In this document: positions 18,443 through 27,001 of the stretch, in pieces
Numbering within the stretch: position 1 is the stretch's first letter
Layout: the number at the start of each line of letters is the position of its first letter
From: an uncultured delta proteobacterium
GTDB taxonomy: Bacteria > Desulfobacterota > Desulfobaccia > Desulfobaccales > 0-14-0-80-60-11
Assembly (NCBI GenBank): GCA_963812015.1
Contig: CAWETI010000002.1
Span: 736,001-800,000, forward strand
Direction of reading: 5' to 3'
Length of the DNA stretch: 64,000 nt
Program-made: the position numbers and the translations under genes
The notes under the pieces: generated by a model
Seen by the model: the letters and a program-made list of their open reading frames with translations, nothing else
What the model was told of the DNA's origin: nothing
Database searches by the model: none

Positions 18443-20758
18443 TCAACAATGCTCTCTCAGGGCCAGCATGACCTCCTCCACGGCCCGCTCCAGCAAGTCC
18501 AGGTAGAGAGTCGTGTCATAGCCGTCCAACGCCTCCAGAAACGGCGCGGCTGCAACCCGGCACTCCTTGGGACCCTTTTTGCCCTCCCGGTGCACATAAC
18601 GCACCTTCTCCCCCGGCTGGATGTGGATGCCGGCGCCCTCCAATTGCCGGGTCGCCAGGGAGGTGGGAGTGTCCACCCGGTATTCTTCCACCTTTTGGGA
18701 CAACACCCGGGTAATGACCAGTTCCTGGGGGTTGATCCCCCCCTGCCGGAGACGTTGCCGGAAGCCTTCAGCCATAGCTTCCATCTCCGGCTTCAGGGCC
18801 GCCAGCTCCCCGGGCGTGGCCGCCTCGGCCATTTTTGCGAGCATGGCCTCCTGGGCCCGGCGCACAAAGGGCGGCGTGTCCCGCCGCCGGCACATGAGCC
18901 CGCGCACCTTAAGCGACCCGTCCCCGAAGACCCCGAAGTAGCGCGTCGCCACGGGCCGCTGAGGATCCTGTTTGGACGCCATAAAAAAAATCCAGCGGTA
19001 CACTCCCTCCAAGGCCAGCTTTACCCCCGTGACCCGGGAGACCTCCCGGCACAAGCCCTCCAGATCACCGGCTGTAAACCCTCGCTTCTGCACCCAGAGA
19101 CAGTCCGTGAGGCCGTGAAGCACCCTGAACCCCGCGGCCTCAAAGGTCTCCTTGGCGGCCAGCAGCTTGTCCCGGCCATAGGCGGTCACCGCTTCGTGGG
19201 CCTCAATGCGCCCGAACCGGGCGTTCTTGTATCCCAAATAGCCGAAGCAGGTAACCAACATCCACTTCAAGGCATTCTGCCGCTCTTTATAAAGCGCTGA
19301 TTCTTCTGGTGAAAGTTCCTTTACCCGAGTCTTTAAATCCTCTCTGAGTTTTAATATGGGCCTGAGCGTCCGGGGCACCAACCCCTCCCGCCGCCCACAG
19401 AGCCGGTAGCCAGCTTCGGGAACGAGGGTTGAGGGGAGGACCGGGGGATCAACGATCCCCCGCCCTCCCCTCAAACTCCCCTCCCACCCCCCTGTAAGGG
19501 GTTGGGGAAGGGGGTTTGGGGGAGTCTTTCGTAAGGGAAGAGGCTGTTCGCCCCTTGCCCTCTCCCCCAAACAGCAGCTACAATTCACCGTCTCCGGCGA
19601 GATATTATGAATCGTCATGATGGTGGGGTACATGGAGGCGAAGTCCACTTCCGCCACCTGGGTGTGGAGGCCCGGCGGCGGCATGAAGGTGAGGCCCCCC
19701 TTGTCGATGGTCAGCAGTTCCCTCGCGGTTTTGAAGTGTTCGGGTTCGGCTTTGCGCCAGGGGATGAGGATGCCGTCTGCGGTCGCCCGGGCCAGTTGCA
19801 TGGAGGTAATCAGCGTCCCGGGGCTGGACCGGGCCGCCTGTTGCAGGGGCATCTGGCCGATCCTGGCGATCTGGATGAGGCCCATAAGTCCCGATTCCCG
19901 GTAGTAGAAGGAGTTACGTCGGTCCAGGTGCCAGCGGCCGTAAAAGGGGGCGGAGGAGCCCTGGTAGACGATGCGGCCGTAAGAAAAATAGCTGCGGCCG
20001 CCGCTAAACCGCCGGGGGGGCGTATGCGCCTCCCGGTCCAGGGGCAGGTTTTCGTCATACTCCCGGCTCCAGCGCCAGACGGTGGGGATGATCTCTTCGT
20101 CGCCCCAGTCGCTCAACACCAGGTCAGGGTCCGTCTGTTTCAGCCAGCGTGCCAGTCCCCGCACCAGGGCTGGTTTATCCGGAGCCTCCAGCTCCAGGGT
20201 GCGGCCCTCCCAACCCACCGCCAGGCCGTTTCCCGCCCCGAGAGATATGAGAGGGTCCCGGGTGAGGGAAAGCGTCAGGGTGGCCAGGGGCGGCACGGAA
20301 AACTCCACCGCGAAGGCGTCCTCCCGGAGGCCAAGACGGAGCAAGCGCCCGTCTTCGGCCTCCACCTCATACCAGGCGCAGGGCCAGTAGCCGCGGGTAT
20401 AAAGATAGGTGGCCGCGATGTCCAGATCGCAGTTGTAACAAGCCACCTCTGCCGGAAGCGCCCCCAGCCACCGCCTCACCCGGGGCAGAAAGGCGTAGGC
20501 CTTCACCTCCAGGGCCACCACCGGGATCTCCCGGCCGGTCCATAAATCCTGGGCGCGGGACGGATAGGCCCGGCGCAGCCACCCCTTCTGGCCCAGGGCT
20601 CGGGCCAGGGACCGGACCCGCGCCTGGGGCCCGCCCAGATAGAGACGGTAAGGGAAATCATCCTCCAGGCGCAACCGCTCCCCCGTCGCGGTGATGAACC
20701 ACAAAACCATGCGGTCACCCAAGGGATAAAGATCAAACAGCCAGCCGGTGGTTTTCAT
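18443..20758 (-). CDS. Family B DNA polymerase, PolB2-like
   Basis: DFASMYP (motif A), QNALKWMLVTCFGYLG (motif B variant), HGLTDCL (motif C variant), KVRGL...RRD; degenerate exonuclease region. Confidence 0.9.
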   Translation of the reverse strand: MKTTGWLFDLYPLGDRMVLWFITATGERLRLEDDFPYRLYLGGPQARVRSLARALGQKGWLRRAYPSRAQDLWTGREIPVVALEVKAYAFLPRVRRWLGALPAEVACYNCDLDIAATYLYTRGYWPCAWYEVEAEDGRLLRLGLREDAFAVEFSVPPLATLTLSLTRDPLISLGAGNGLAVGWEGRTLELEAPDKPALVRGLARWLKQTDPDLVLSDWGDEEIIPTVWRWSREYDENLPLDREAHTPPRRFSGGRSYFSYGRIVYQGSSAPFYGRWHLDRRNSFYYRESGLMGLIQIARIGQMPLQQAARSSPGTLITSMQLARATADGILIPWRKAEPEHFKTARELLTIDKGGLTFMPPPGLHTQVAEVDFASMYPTIMTIHNISPETVNCSCCLGERARGEQPLPLRKTPPNPLPQPLTGGWEGSLRGGRGIVDPPVLPSTLVPEAGYRLCGRREGLVPRTLRPILKLREDLKTRVKELSPEESALYKERQNALKWMLVTCFGYLGYKNARFGRIEAHEAVTAYGRDKLLAAKETFEAAGFRVLHGLTDCLWVQKRGFTAGDLEGLCREVSRVTGVKLALEGVYRWIFFMASKQDPQRPVATRYFGVFGDGSLKVRGLMCRRRDTPPFVRRAQEAMLAKMAEAATPGELAALKPEMEAMAEGFRQRLRQGGINPQELVITRVLSQKVEEYRVDTPTSLATRQLEGAGIHIQPGEKVRYVHREGKKGPKECRVAAAPFLEALDGYDTTLYLDLLERAVEEVMLALREHC
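19429..19571. repeat. G/C-rich palindromic repeat inserted in frame in polB
   Basis: Two hairpins plus a central palindrome; reverse complement of 19429-19497 is nearly identical to intergenic 21173-21240. Confidence 0.85.
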
Positions 20759-20777
20759 AGATGTTAGGGAAGATGAT

Positions 20778-20823
20778 TTTGGGGTGAGGGCAGGGACCCT
20801 CGGTCCCTGGCCCTCACCCCAAA
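20778..20823. repeat. G/C-rich palindromic repeat hairpin between the small partner gene and polB
   Basis: TTTGGGGTGAGGGC-AGGGACC-CTC-GGTCCCT-G-GCCCTCACCCCAAA; contains the stop codon of the upstream gene. Confidence 0.75.
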
Positions 20824-21086
20824 TTTTCTTCTTCCGCCTTCAGGCGGCGCAGGCGCTCTTGGAGGGCGCTTATCATTTTCTGGTGCTCCAGGAGCATGGA
20901 CAGGAGCATGGACTCCAGGGGCCAGGGTTGGGAGGCGTACACCCCCGCCTGGAGGTGCAGGCGGGCCGACTCAAAGAGCCGGTCCAGGTGGGCCTGGTCC
21001 TCCCGGCGCAGGGCCCGGCGGAATTTCTGCCAGCGCTGCCGCTCTTCTTCCCAAACCTGGCTGTAAGGTAAAACCGTCCGTCCCAT
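20814..21086 (-). CDS. Small helical PolB2-associated protein (arCOG07300/PPB2-like)
   Basis: MGRT...W..FRRALRREDQ..LDRLF..AR.H...P.ESMLLSMLLE pattern, located between iRadA and polB. Confidence 0.75.
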   Translation of the reverse strand: MGRTVLPYSQVWEEERQRWQKFRRALRREDQAHLDRLFESARLHLQAGVYASQPWPLESMLLSMLLEHQKMISALQERLRRLKAEEENLG

Positions 21087-21172
21087 AATTACCAGTTGTC
21101 AGATGTAGAGTGGCCATACCACCCTACGGCTTCAAAGGAGCATAGGCTGGAAGCCTGTGCCACCAAAAACCT

Positions 21173-21240
21173 TTACAGGGGGCTGGGAGGGGAGTTTGAG
21201 GGGAGGGCGGGGGACTCGCGTCCCCCGGTCCTCCCCTCAA
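21173..21240 (+). repeat. G/C-rich palindromic repeat, intergenic copy
   Basis: TTACAGGGGGCTGGGAGGGGAGTTTGAGGGGAGGGCGGGGGA...TCCCCCGGTCCTCCCCTCAA. Confidence 0.8.
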
Positions 21241-21262
21241 TTTTCCACCCCTCTCCTTCCCT

Positions 21263-21457
21263 TCACCCCGCCATCAGCATGATCAAGGCGCTTACCACGA
21301 TCAGGGTCAGGGTTCCCAGAAATTTCAAAATTTCCAGGAGATAGGTCATGGCGTCTGCCGGTAAGGCCAGGGCTTGGCTCAATTGCTTCAGCTTAACAAG
21401 AGCCGTAAATTTTAGCCCGGGATGCAGGTATTGGTACTCGGGTAAGAATACGTCCAC
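21263..21457 (-). CDS. Putative small protein (64 aa) with C-terminal transmembrane helix inside the lexA cassette
   Basis: GTG 1 nt after the iRadA stop, SD AGGAG 9 nt upstream; C-terminus LLEILKFLGTLTLIVVSALIMLMAG; alternative ATG at 21349. Confidence 0.5.
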   Translation of the reverse strand: MDVFLPEYQYLHPGLKFTALVKLKQLSQALALPADAMTYLLEILKFLGTLTLIVVSALIMLMAG

Positions 21458-21458
21458 T

Positions 21459-22103
21459 TTACAGGTCTCCTTTTTGAGGCCGGGCGGGGCTGGGTTGGCG
21501 ACGCTCCTGCCATAACGTGTCTCGAGGCGGCGCCGCATCCGTCGTCCCTAACCGGCGGGGCGCCTCGCTCCGGTCTTTCCGACTTTCCACTTCCACCAAG
21601 TAATCAATCACCGGGGCCAGCAGCCGGCCGAAGTGTTGGTTGGTGGCGGCCCGGGGCAGGAAGGGTTGCACCAGCAGCAGGGCGGACTGGATCTTGATCC
21701 GGGTCAGGTGGTGCACCAGGTCCTGAAAGAGGCGGCGGCGTTCGCTCAAGGGCACCTGTTCGTCGTAGAACAGGCTCACCGGCCCCAGGACCAGCACCAG
21801 GCTGCCGGGTGCAAGAATCGTCGGGAAGGTCTCCTCCAGGAGGCGCACCAGTTGGTGGGAGGTGAAGGCCCGGGCCACCCGTACCCGGGAGAGGGCTTCC
21901 TGGGGCGAAAGATTGTGGTGGACCGCCTCCCGGACCAGCCGGTACGGGTCAAAGCGGTTGGCCGCGTCCACCACCAGAACCGGCGCCCCCCGGGTTACCC
22001 CCCAGACCGCGGCGGCCGCGGCCACCGCCCGGAGGTGTTCCCCCCAAAGCAATACCCCCCGGCCCGGTTTCAGGGGTGCCAGATAGCGGCTTAAAGCCTT
22101 CAT
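21459..22103 (-). CDS. Inactivated RecA/RadA-fold protein (iRadA, ImuA-analogous)
   Basis: VLVVDAANRFDPY and RVRVARAFTSHQL RadA-like motifs; no Walker A GKT; overlaps lexA stop (ATGA). Confidence 0.8.
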   Translation of the reverse strand: MKALSRYLAPLKPGRGVLLWGEHLRAVAAAAAVWGVTRGAPVLVVDAANRFDPYRLVREAVHHNLSPQEALSRVRVARAFTSHQLVRLLEETFPTILAPGSLVLVLGPVSLFYDEQVPLSERRRLFQDLVHHLTRIKIQSALLLVQPFLPRAATNQHFGRLLAPVIDYLVEVESRKDRSEAPRRLGTTDAAPPRDTLWQERRQPSPARPQKGDL

Positions 22104-22723
22104 CCGCGTCTTTTGCCCTCCAGGTTGCGGTACACGCCCACCACCTTGCCCAGGATCCGCACGTCGGCGGCCTCTGCCGGAGAGAAGCGCAGGGGGGTGA
22201 AATCCGGGTTGTCGCCCTTGAGGACCAGGCCTCCGGCCTCCTCGTACACCCGTTTCAGGGTAGCCTCATCGTCGATGAGCGCCACCGCGATCTCCCCCCG
22301 AGCCACCCGGGCCTGCACCCGGACCATCACCAGGTCGTCGGGCAGGATCACCGGGGCCATACTCTCCCCGGTGACCCTCAGGAGAAAGACCTCCTCCCCC
22401 CGGACCCAGGAGCGGGGCAGGGGCAGGGTCTCTTCGACGTTTTCGCTGGCCAGCAGGGGTTGACCCGCGGCAATGCGGCCCAGCACCGGCACTTCCACCA
22501 CCGGCCCAGGGCTGCGGGAGGTCAGGGACAGGCCCCGGGAGAGCCCCGGTTCCCGATGGAGGAAGCCTTTGCGCTTCAAGGCCGCCAGATGGTCCACCGC
22601 GGCCCGGGGTTGGATACCGAAGGCGGCGGCCACTTCCCGCACCGTGGGGGGATAGCCCTGGCGCTCGCAAAACTCCTCCACAAAGGCCAAGATTGCCTGT
22701 TGTCGGTCGGTTAATGGCTTCAT
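22100..22723 (-). CDS. lexA: SOS repressor LexA
   Basis: LTDRQ...GYPPTVRE HTH, Ala-Gly cleavage site (IAAGQP), catalytic Ser (GESM) and Lys (ATLKR). Confidence 0.95.
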   Translation of the reverse strand: MKPLTDRQQAILAFVEEFCERQGYPPTVREVAAAFGIQPRAAVDHLAALKRKGFLHREPGLSRGLSLTSRSPGPVVEVPVLGRIAAGQPLLASENVEETLPLPRSWVRGEEVFLLRVTGESMAPVILPDDLVMVRVQARVARGEIAVALIDDEATLKRVYEEAGGLVLKGDNPDFTPLRFSPAEAADVRILGKVVGVYRNLEGKRRG

Positions 22724-22729
22724 GGCCTT

Positions 22730-22758
22730 AAACTACTATACAAAAGAATACGTGTCAA
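22730..22758 (-). promoter_or_regulatory. lexA promoter TTGACA-N17-TAGTTT, +1 predicted at the ATG (leaderless)
   Basis: -35 at 22758-22753, -10 at 22735-22730, 6 nt to ATG, no well-spaced SD. Confidence 0.55.
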
Positions 22759-22859
22759 GAGAATAGTTAAGAGCAGCCAACGATTTGTTTCCCGGCGCTT
22801 TCCTCCCCCGGTTGTGCCGAGGTTGTTTTATGGTCAGGGTCTTGATATGTTGAATTATT

Positions 22860-24023
22860 ATGGAACAGCAGCCAGCAAGCGCCGTGTCCCGCCGGGCCCG
22901 GGAAATCACCCCGTTTTTGGTGATGGACATCCTGGAGCGGGCCAAGGAATTGGAACGTCAGGGGGAGCACGTCATCCACCTGGAGATCGGGGAGCCGGAC
23001 TATGACACGCCCCAGGTGGTCAAGGACGCGGCCTACCGGGCCATGGCCGCGGGGGAAACCCAGTACACCCATTCCCAGGGGCTCCTGGAACTGCGGGAGG
23101 CCCTGTGCCAGCATTATTGGGACAAGTACCGGGTTTGGGTCAAGCCGGAGCAATTCATCGTCACGTCGGGGACCTCCCCGGCCATGATCCTCATCTTCGG
23201 AGCCCTCCTGGACCCCGGCGACGAGGTGCTGCTTCCCGACCTTCATTACGCCTGCTACCCCAACATCCTCAGGCTGGTGGACGCGGTGCCCCGCTACGTG
23301 CCGGTGCAGGAGGCAGACGGCTTTCAGTTGAACCCGGAGGAGTTGGGGCCATATCTCACGCCCCGGACCAAAGCGGTGCTCGTCAACTCTCCCGGCAACC
23401 CCACCGGCACCCTGATGAGCGCGGCGGGCCTGGCCCGCCTGGCGGAGCTGGGCCCCTACGTCATTTCCGATGAGATCTACCACGGCCTGGTTTACGAAGG
23501 CCAGGAGCACTCCATCCTGGAGTTCACCGACCGGGCCTTTGTCATCAACGGCTTCTCCAAGGTCTACGCCATGACCGGCTGGCGCCTGGGGTACCTCATA
23601 GCGCCGCCGGACTTCATCCGGCCGCTCCAGAAGTTGATGCAGAATTTTTTCATCTCTGCCAACCCTTTTGTCCAGCGGGCCGGCATCGCCGCCCTGACCC
23701 TGGCCGGCCCCGAGATCGAGGCCATGCGGGCCACCTATGACGCCCGGCGCCGGTTTTTGCTGGCTGGCCTCGCCCGATTAGGGTTCCGGATTCCCGTTCC
23801 TCCCACCGGGGCCTTCTATGTCTTCGTCAACGCCCGCCACCTCTCGTCCGATTCCTACGCCCTGGCCTTCGACATCCTGGAAAAAGCCAAAGTCGGGGTG
23901 GCCCCGGGCATCGACTTCGGCCCCGGGGGCGAAGGCTTTCTCCGCTTCTCCTACGCCAACTCTCTGGAGAACCTGGCGGAGGCCCTGCGCCGTTTGGAGA
24001 CCTATCTGGCCCGGCGCGCTTAG
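22860..24023 (+). CDS. PLP-dependent class I/II aminotransferase
   Basis: GEPD, NSPGNPTG, SDEIY, GFSKVYAMTGWRLG. Confidence 0.93.
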   Translation: MEQQPASAVSRRAREITPFLVMDILERAKELERQGEHVIHLEIGEPDYDTPQVVKDAAYRAMAAGETQYTHSQGLLELREALCQHYWDKYRVWVKPEQFIVTSGTSPAMILIFGALLDPGDEVLLPDLHYACYPNILRLVDAVPRYVPVQEADGFQLNPEELGPYLTPRTKAVLVNSPGNPTGTLMSAAGLARLAELGPYVISDEIYHGLVYEGQEHSILEFTDRAFVINGFSKVYAMTGWRLGYLIAPPDFIRPLQKLMQNFFISANPFVQRAGIAALTLAGPEIEAMRATYDARRRFLLAGLARLGFRIPVPPTGAFYVFVNARHLSSDSYALAFDILEKAKVGVAPGIDFGPGGEGFLRFSYANSLENLAEALRRLETYLARRA

Positions 24024-24037
24024 ACGGGGGTATTTCC

Positions 24038-24508
24038 ATGGCCCAAGAGCAACTTCCCCGTGACGAAGCCATTGATTTTCTGACCCAGGAAACGGTTGGA
24101 CATCTGGCAACCTGTGATCCTGCCGGCCATCCATACATTACTCCCCTCAACTATGTGTATCATCAGGGGAAAATCTATTTTCACTGCGCACCTGAAGGCC
24201 GTAAGTTAGATAACCTGGCCGCCAATACCCGGGTATGCTTCGAGGTGAGCCGCATCGACAAGACGATATTCGGTCCTGTGGCTTGCGCCTGCTCGACGCG
24301 TTATACTTCGGTCTTGGTGTTCGGTACGGCTGGCGTGGTGGAGGATATAGCCCGAAAAATCGAGATACTCAATGCCCTTACGGAGAAGTTTGCTGCCGGG
24401 CGGCCCTTTCACCCTCTTAATGCCAAGGCAGCCGCACGCTGCACCGTCGTCGAAATCGCGGTGGCATCGATACACGGCAAACGCAACGTCGATCCCAAGG
24501 CAGACTGA
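24038..24508 (+). CDS. Pyridoxamine 5'-phosphate oxidase-like / NimA-family flavin-binding protein
   Basis: PYITPLNY, IYFHCAPEGRK, VCFEV, YTSVLVFG. Confidence 0.85.
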   Translation: MAQEQLPRDEAIDFLTQETVGHLATCDPAGHPYITPLNYVYHQGKIYFHCAPEGRKLDNLAANTRVCFEVSRIDKTIFGPVACACSTRYTSVLVFGTAGVVEDIARKIEILNALTEKFAAGRPFHPLNAKAAARCTVVEIAVASIHGKRNVDPKAD

Positions 24509-24833
24509 AATCTATCTTGATAGCATCACCCTCGGTTTTCTGCCGATGGTTTTTTTAATATATTAATAACTTCCCCTCCGCGGCGTAGTCAGCGCCACCG
24601 TTGCCTTACCGCCGTCTGCCCCCCTCTCCTTTTGCCAACCCCCGGTTTTCCCAGGTCGGAATGGCCCGGATCATTTTGTCAATTTGACAAGGAAAAACCC
24701 GGTGGACCGGCCTTTCTCTCAATTTAAGATTGAGGGGGGAAGAGCTCTGAGGAGCGCCTGGGGAGAAACGGCGTATCAAATAATAGTTTTAATAAATTCA
24801 ATGAGTTATTGTCGCGGAGGCAAGTTGTGGTCT

Positions 24834-24848
24834 TGGCAAGCTTTATGC
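24834..24848 (+). promoter_or_regulatory. Putative sigma54 promoter (-24/-12)
   Basis: TGGCAAGCTTTATGC with GG-N10-GC spacing, preceded by an AT-rich tract. Confidence 0.5.
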
Positions 24849-24904
24849 ATTTTAAAGGGGCAGGTCGCCAGAGGCGACCCATTAAACCGGTAGGAGAAAA
24901 ATCC

Positions 24905-25228
24905 ATGAAGAAGATCATCAGCACGTTAACCGCCATGACCTTTGCTTTGGGTCTGGCGGCGGCAGCCCAGGCTCAGGTGGCAAAAACCCCGGAAAAGCCC
25001 GCGGTGCAAAACACCCAGGCGGCCCCGTCCACGGTAGTCCCCAAGGAAGCCGCCAAACCCGGCGACCCGGCGGCAAAGGATGCGGTCAAACCTGGAAACC
25101 CGGACAACACCAAATCTCAGGGCAAAAAAGAGTCGGCAAAGAAGGCAACCCAGAAGGTAGCCAAGCAGGGCAAAGCCGAGAAGAAAACCGGCGCCCCCAT
25201 GGTAACGCCCCAAGAGGGCACGAAGTAA
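24905..25228 (+). CDS. Small secreted Lys/Ala/Pro-rich low-complexity protein
   Basis: Signal peptide MKKIISTLTAMTFALGLAAAAQA, basic disordered mature part; SD AGGAG. Confidence 0.75.
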   Translation: MKKIISTLTAMTFALGLAAAAQAQVAKTPEKPAVQNTQAAPSTVVPKEAAKPGDPAAKDAVKPGNPDNTKSQGKKESAKKATQKVAKQGKAEKKTGAPMVTPQEGTK

Positions 25229-25299
25229 TTCCGGGCCAGTCACCTTAACGGCAAGCCGGGCTTAGCCAAGTCCCCGCCCTAAAGGGACCGGGGCATCTG

Positions 25300-25336
25300 G
25301 CCGGGAAGGGCTAATCCACCCTTCCCGGCTTTTTTT
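25300..25336 (+). terminator. Intrinsic terminator
   Basis: GCCGGGAAGGG...CCCTTCCCGGC followed by T7. Confidence 0.8.
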
Positions 25337-25374
25337 GTCAACGGCGCGACCATCCGCACGTACTTTCCCCCGCC

Positions 25375-25890
25375 TCACAGCTTCTTGAACCGTTGTTGGC
25401 GCTGGCGTTGGCTTTTGGGCAAGCGTCGGGCCGGGCCTTTCTTGCGGGTGCCCCGGCCGGCAGGGTCCGCCTCGGCGTCAGGCTCCGTGGTCCCGTCGGG
25501 GGCGTGCAGATAGGACAATTCGAATTGACCGGCGTTGATCCAGGTAGCCTTCACCTGCTCGGCGCATCCCTGGATCTCCCGATCCGAGGTGACCACCAGG
25601 GCGCCTTCCCGCTCCTGGTTCAGCAACCGCTTAATGACCTCGTCGGCCCGCTCACCCCGGCGGGAATACACGATCAGGATGCCCTGATACCGGTCCCGGC
25701 TTTCTTTAAGATCACCTCGCTGCCAGCCGTCAAATACCACAGTAATGCGGTGATGGGACCGGCTGCGATACTGGGCCAGCAGTTCTAACAAGGCTTCCCG
25801 GCCGGCTTGCAGATCCATGGCGTCCAGGAGCTGCAACTGGGGAGATTGCCTAATCAAATTGTAGCCATCAACAATGAGGTGCATAGTCAT
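25375..25890 (-). CDS. NYN-domain ribonuclease (YacP/Rae1-like)
   Basis: IVDGYNL, VVFDG, ADEVI, VVTSDRE. Confidence 0.88.
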   Translation of the reverse strand: MTMHLIVDGYNLIRQSPQLQLLDAMDLQAGREALLELLAQYRSRSHHRITVVFDGWQRGDLKESRDRYQGILIVYSRRGERADEVIKRLLNQEREGALVVTSDREIQGCAEQVKATWINAGQFELSYLHAPDGTTEPDAEADPAGRGTRKKGPARRLPKSQRQRQQRFKKL

Positions 25891-26007
25891 ATAATACTAA
25901 AAAAAAATAATAAAGTACGTTAACGCAAAAATATAATTGTCAATTCAAACTATTCTTGCTATAGTATGTTCCGGTTACGTCATGTTACCACAGAGGGGGA
26001 GGATGAA

Positions 26008-26655
26008 ATGAATATGCGTAACTTACTACACGTGATGCTCGCGTTGGTGCTGGGGGCGGCGCTGGCGGGGTGCGGCGGGGGCCAGGGGAAGCCCGATACC
26101 GCACTTACTCTGGATACGCCGTTGCCTGATTATGAACAACAGCAAACCGCTTTAACACCGGAACAGCAGTATATTGCGCAACTGTTGCAGCAAAAAGGTT
26201 ATAACCGCGATCCTGATAAACCCATGGTCATCGTGGTTCACAAACTCAGCCGCAAACTCACCTGCTACCGGGGTCTGACCCCGCTCAAGACCTATCCCGT
26301 GGTCTTGGGAAACGACCCGTATAACGATAAATTGTGCCAGGGTGATGCTTGCACCCCGGAAGGGGTCTACCGGGTCCGGGCCAAATACCCGCATCCCAGA
26401 TGGGACTGTTTTATTTGGCTGGATTATCCCAATACCGATAACTGGCTCAAGTTTGCCCGGGCCAAAAAAGCGGGGCGCGTCCCTCCGGAAGCGGACATCG
26501 GAGGCCAGGTCGGCATCCACGGGACTGAAGACCCTTACCGGAACATTTCCGGGGAAAATTGGACCAAGGGCTGCATCTCTTTGCTCAATAAAGACCTGGA
26601 CGAGATCTATCCCCTGGTGAATGATAAAACCCTGGTGGTCATCACCCGGCAATAA
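26008..26655 (+). CDS. L,D-transpeptidase lipoprotein (YkuD family)
   Basis: Lipobox LAGC, TPEG, IGIHG-like VGIHGT and WTKGCI catalytic His/Cys. Confidence 0.88.
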   Translation: MNMRNLLHVMLALVLGAALAGCGGGQGKPDTALTLDTPLPDYEQQQTALTPEQQYIAQLLQQKGYNRDPDKPMVIVVHKLSRKLTCYRGLTPLKTYPVVLGNDPYNDKLCQGDACTPEGVYRVRAKYPHPRWDCFIWLDYPNTDNWLKFARAKKAGRVPPEADIGGQVGIHGTEDPYRNISGENWTKGCISLLNKDLDEIYPLVNDKTLVVITRQ

Positions 26656-26710
26656 CTTCAAGGTTCAGGCCGTAACCGGCTCCGGGGTGATTGGCCGGGG
26701 TACGGAGTGC

Positions 26711-26740
26711 AAAAGGGGCAGACCGGCGTCTGCCCTTTTT
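26711..26740. terminator. Bidirectional terminator between convergent genes
   Basis: AAAAGGGGCAGAC-CGGC-GTCTGCCCTTTTT. Confidence 0.7.
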
Positions 26741-27001
26741 CGCGTCCACAGGCTGGCACTGCAGGGTCTGCCCCAGTTGGGTTCCGCCGTGCCGGGCCGG
26801 TATCCGGCCTTCCCAGGTCCGCCCCCCAGGGCGAGGCGACTTTGCCCCTGCCAAGCCGCAGGAGCGGGGTTTCCCCGCCTCAAGACCCGCCGGCGCCTGG
26901 AAATTGCCCATCCCCTGACAAGCAGAAGAGGGGCGGTGCACTCCCCGCCCCTCCTCGAAACCCTGGCGCCGCGCCTTCCCCCCAGGGGGGCCGGCACCGG
27001 G

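Noticed and set aside
19429..19571. Intein in the polymerase
   Set aside because: Too short, no His-Asn/Cys-Ser-Thr splice junction; explained by a DNA repeat with intergenic copies
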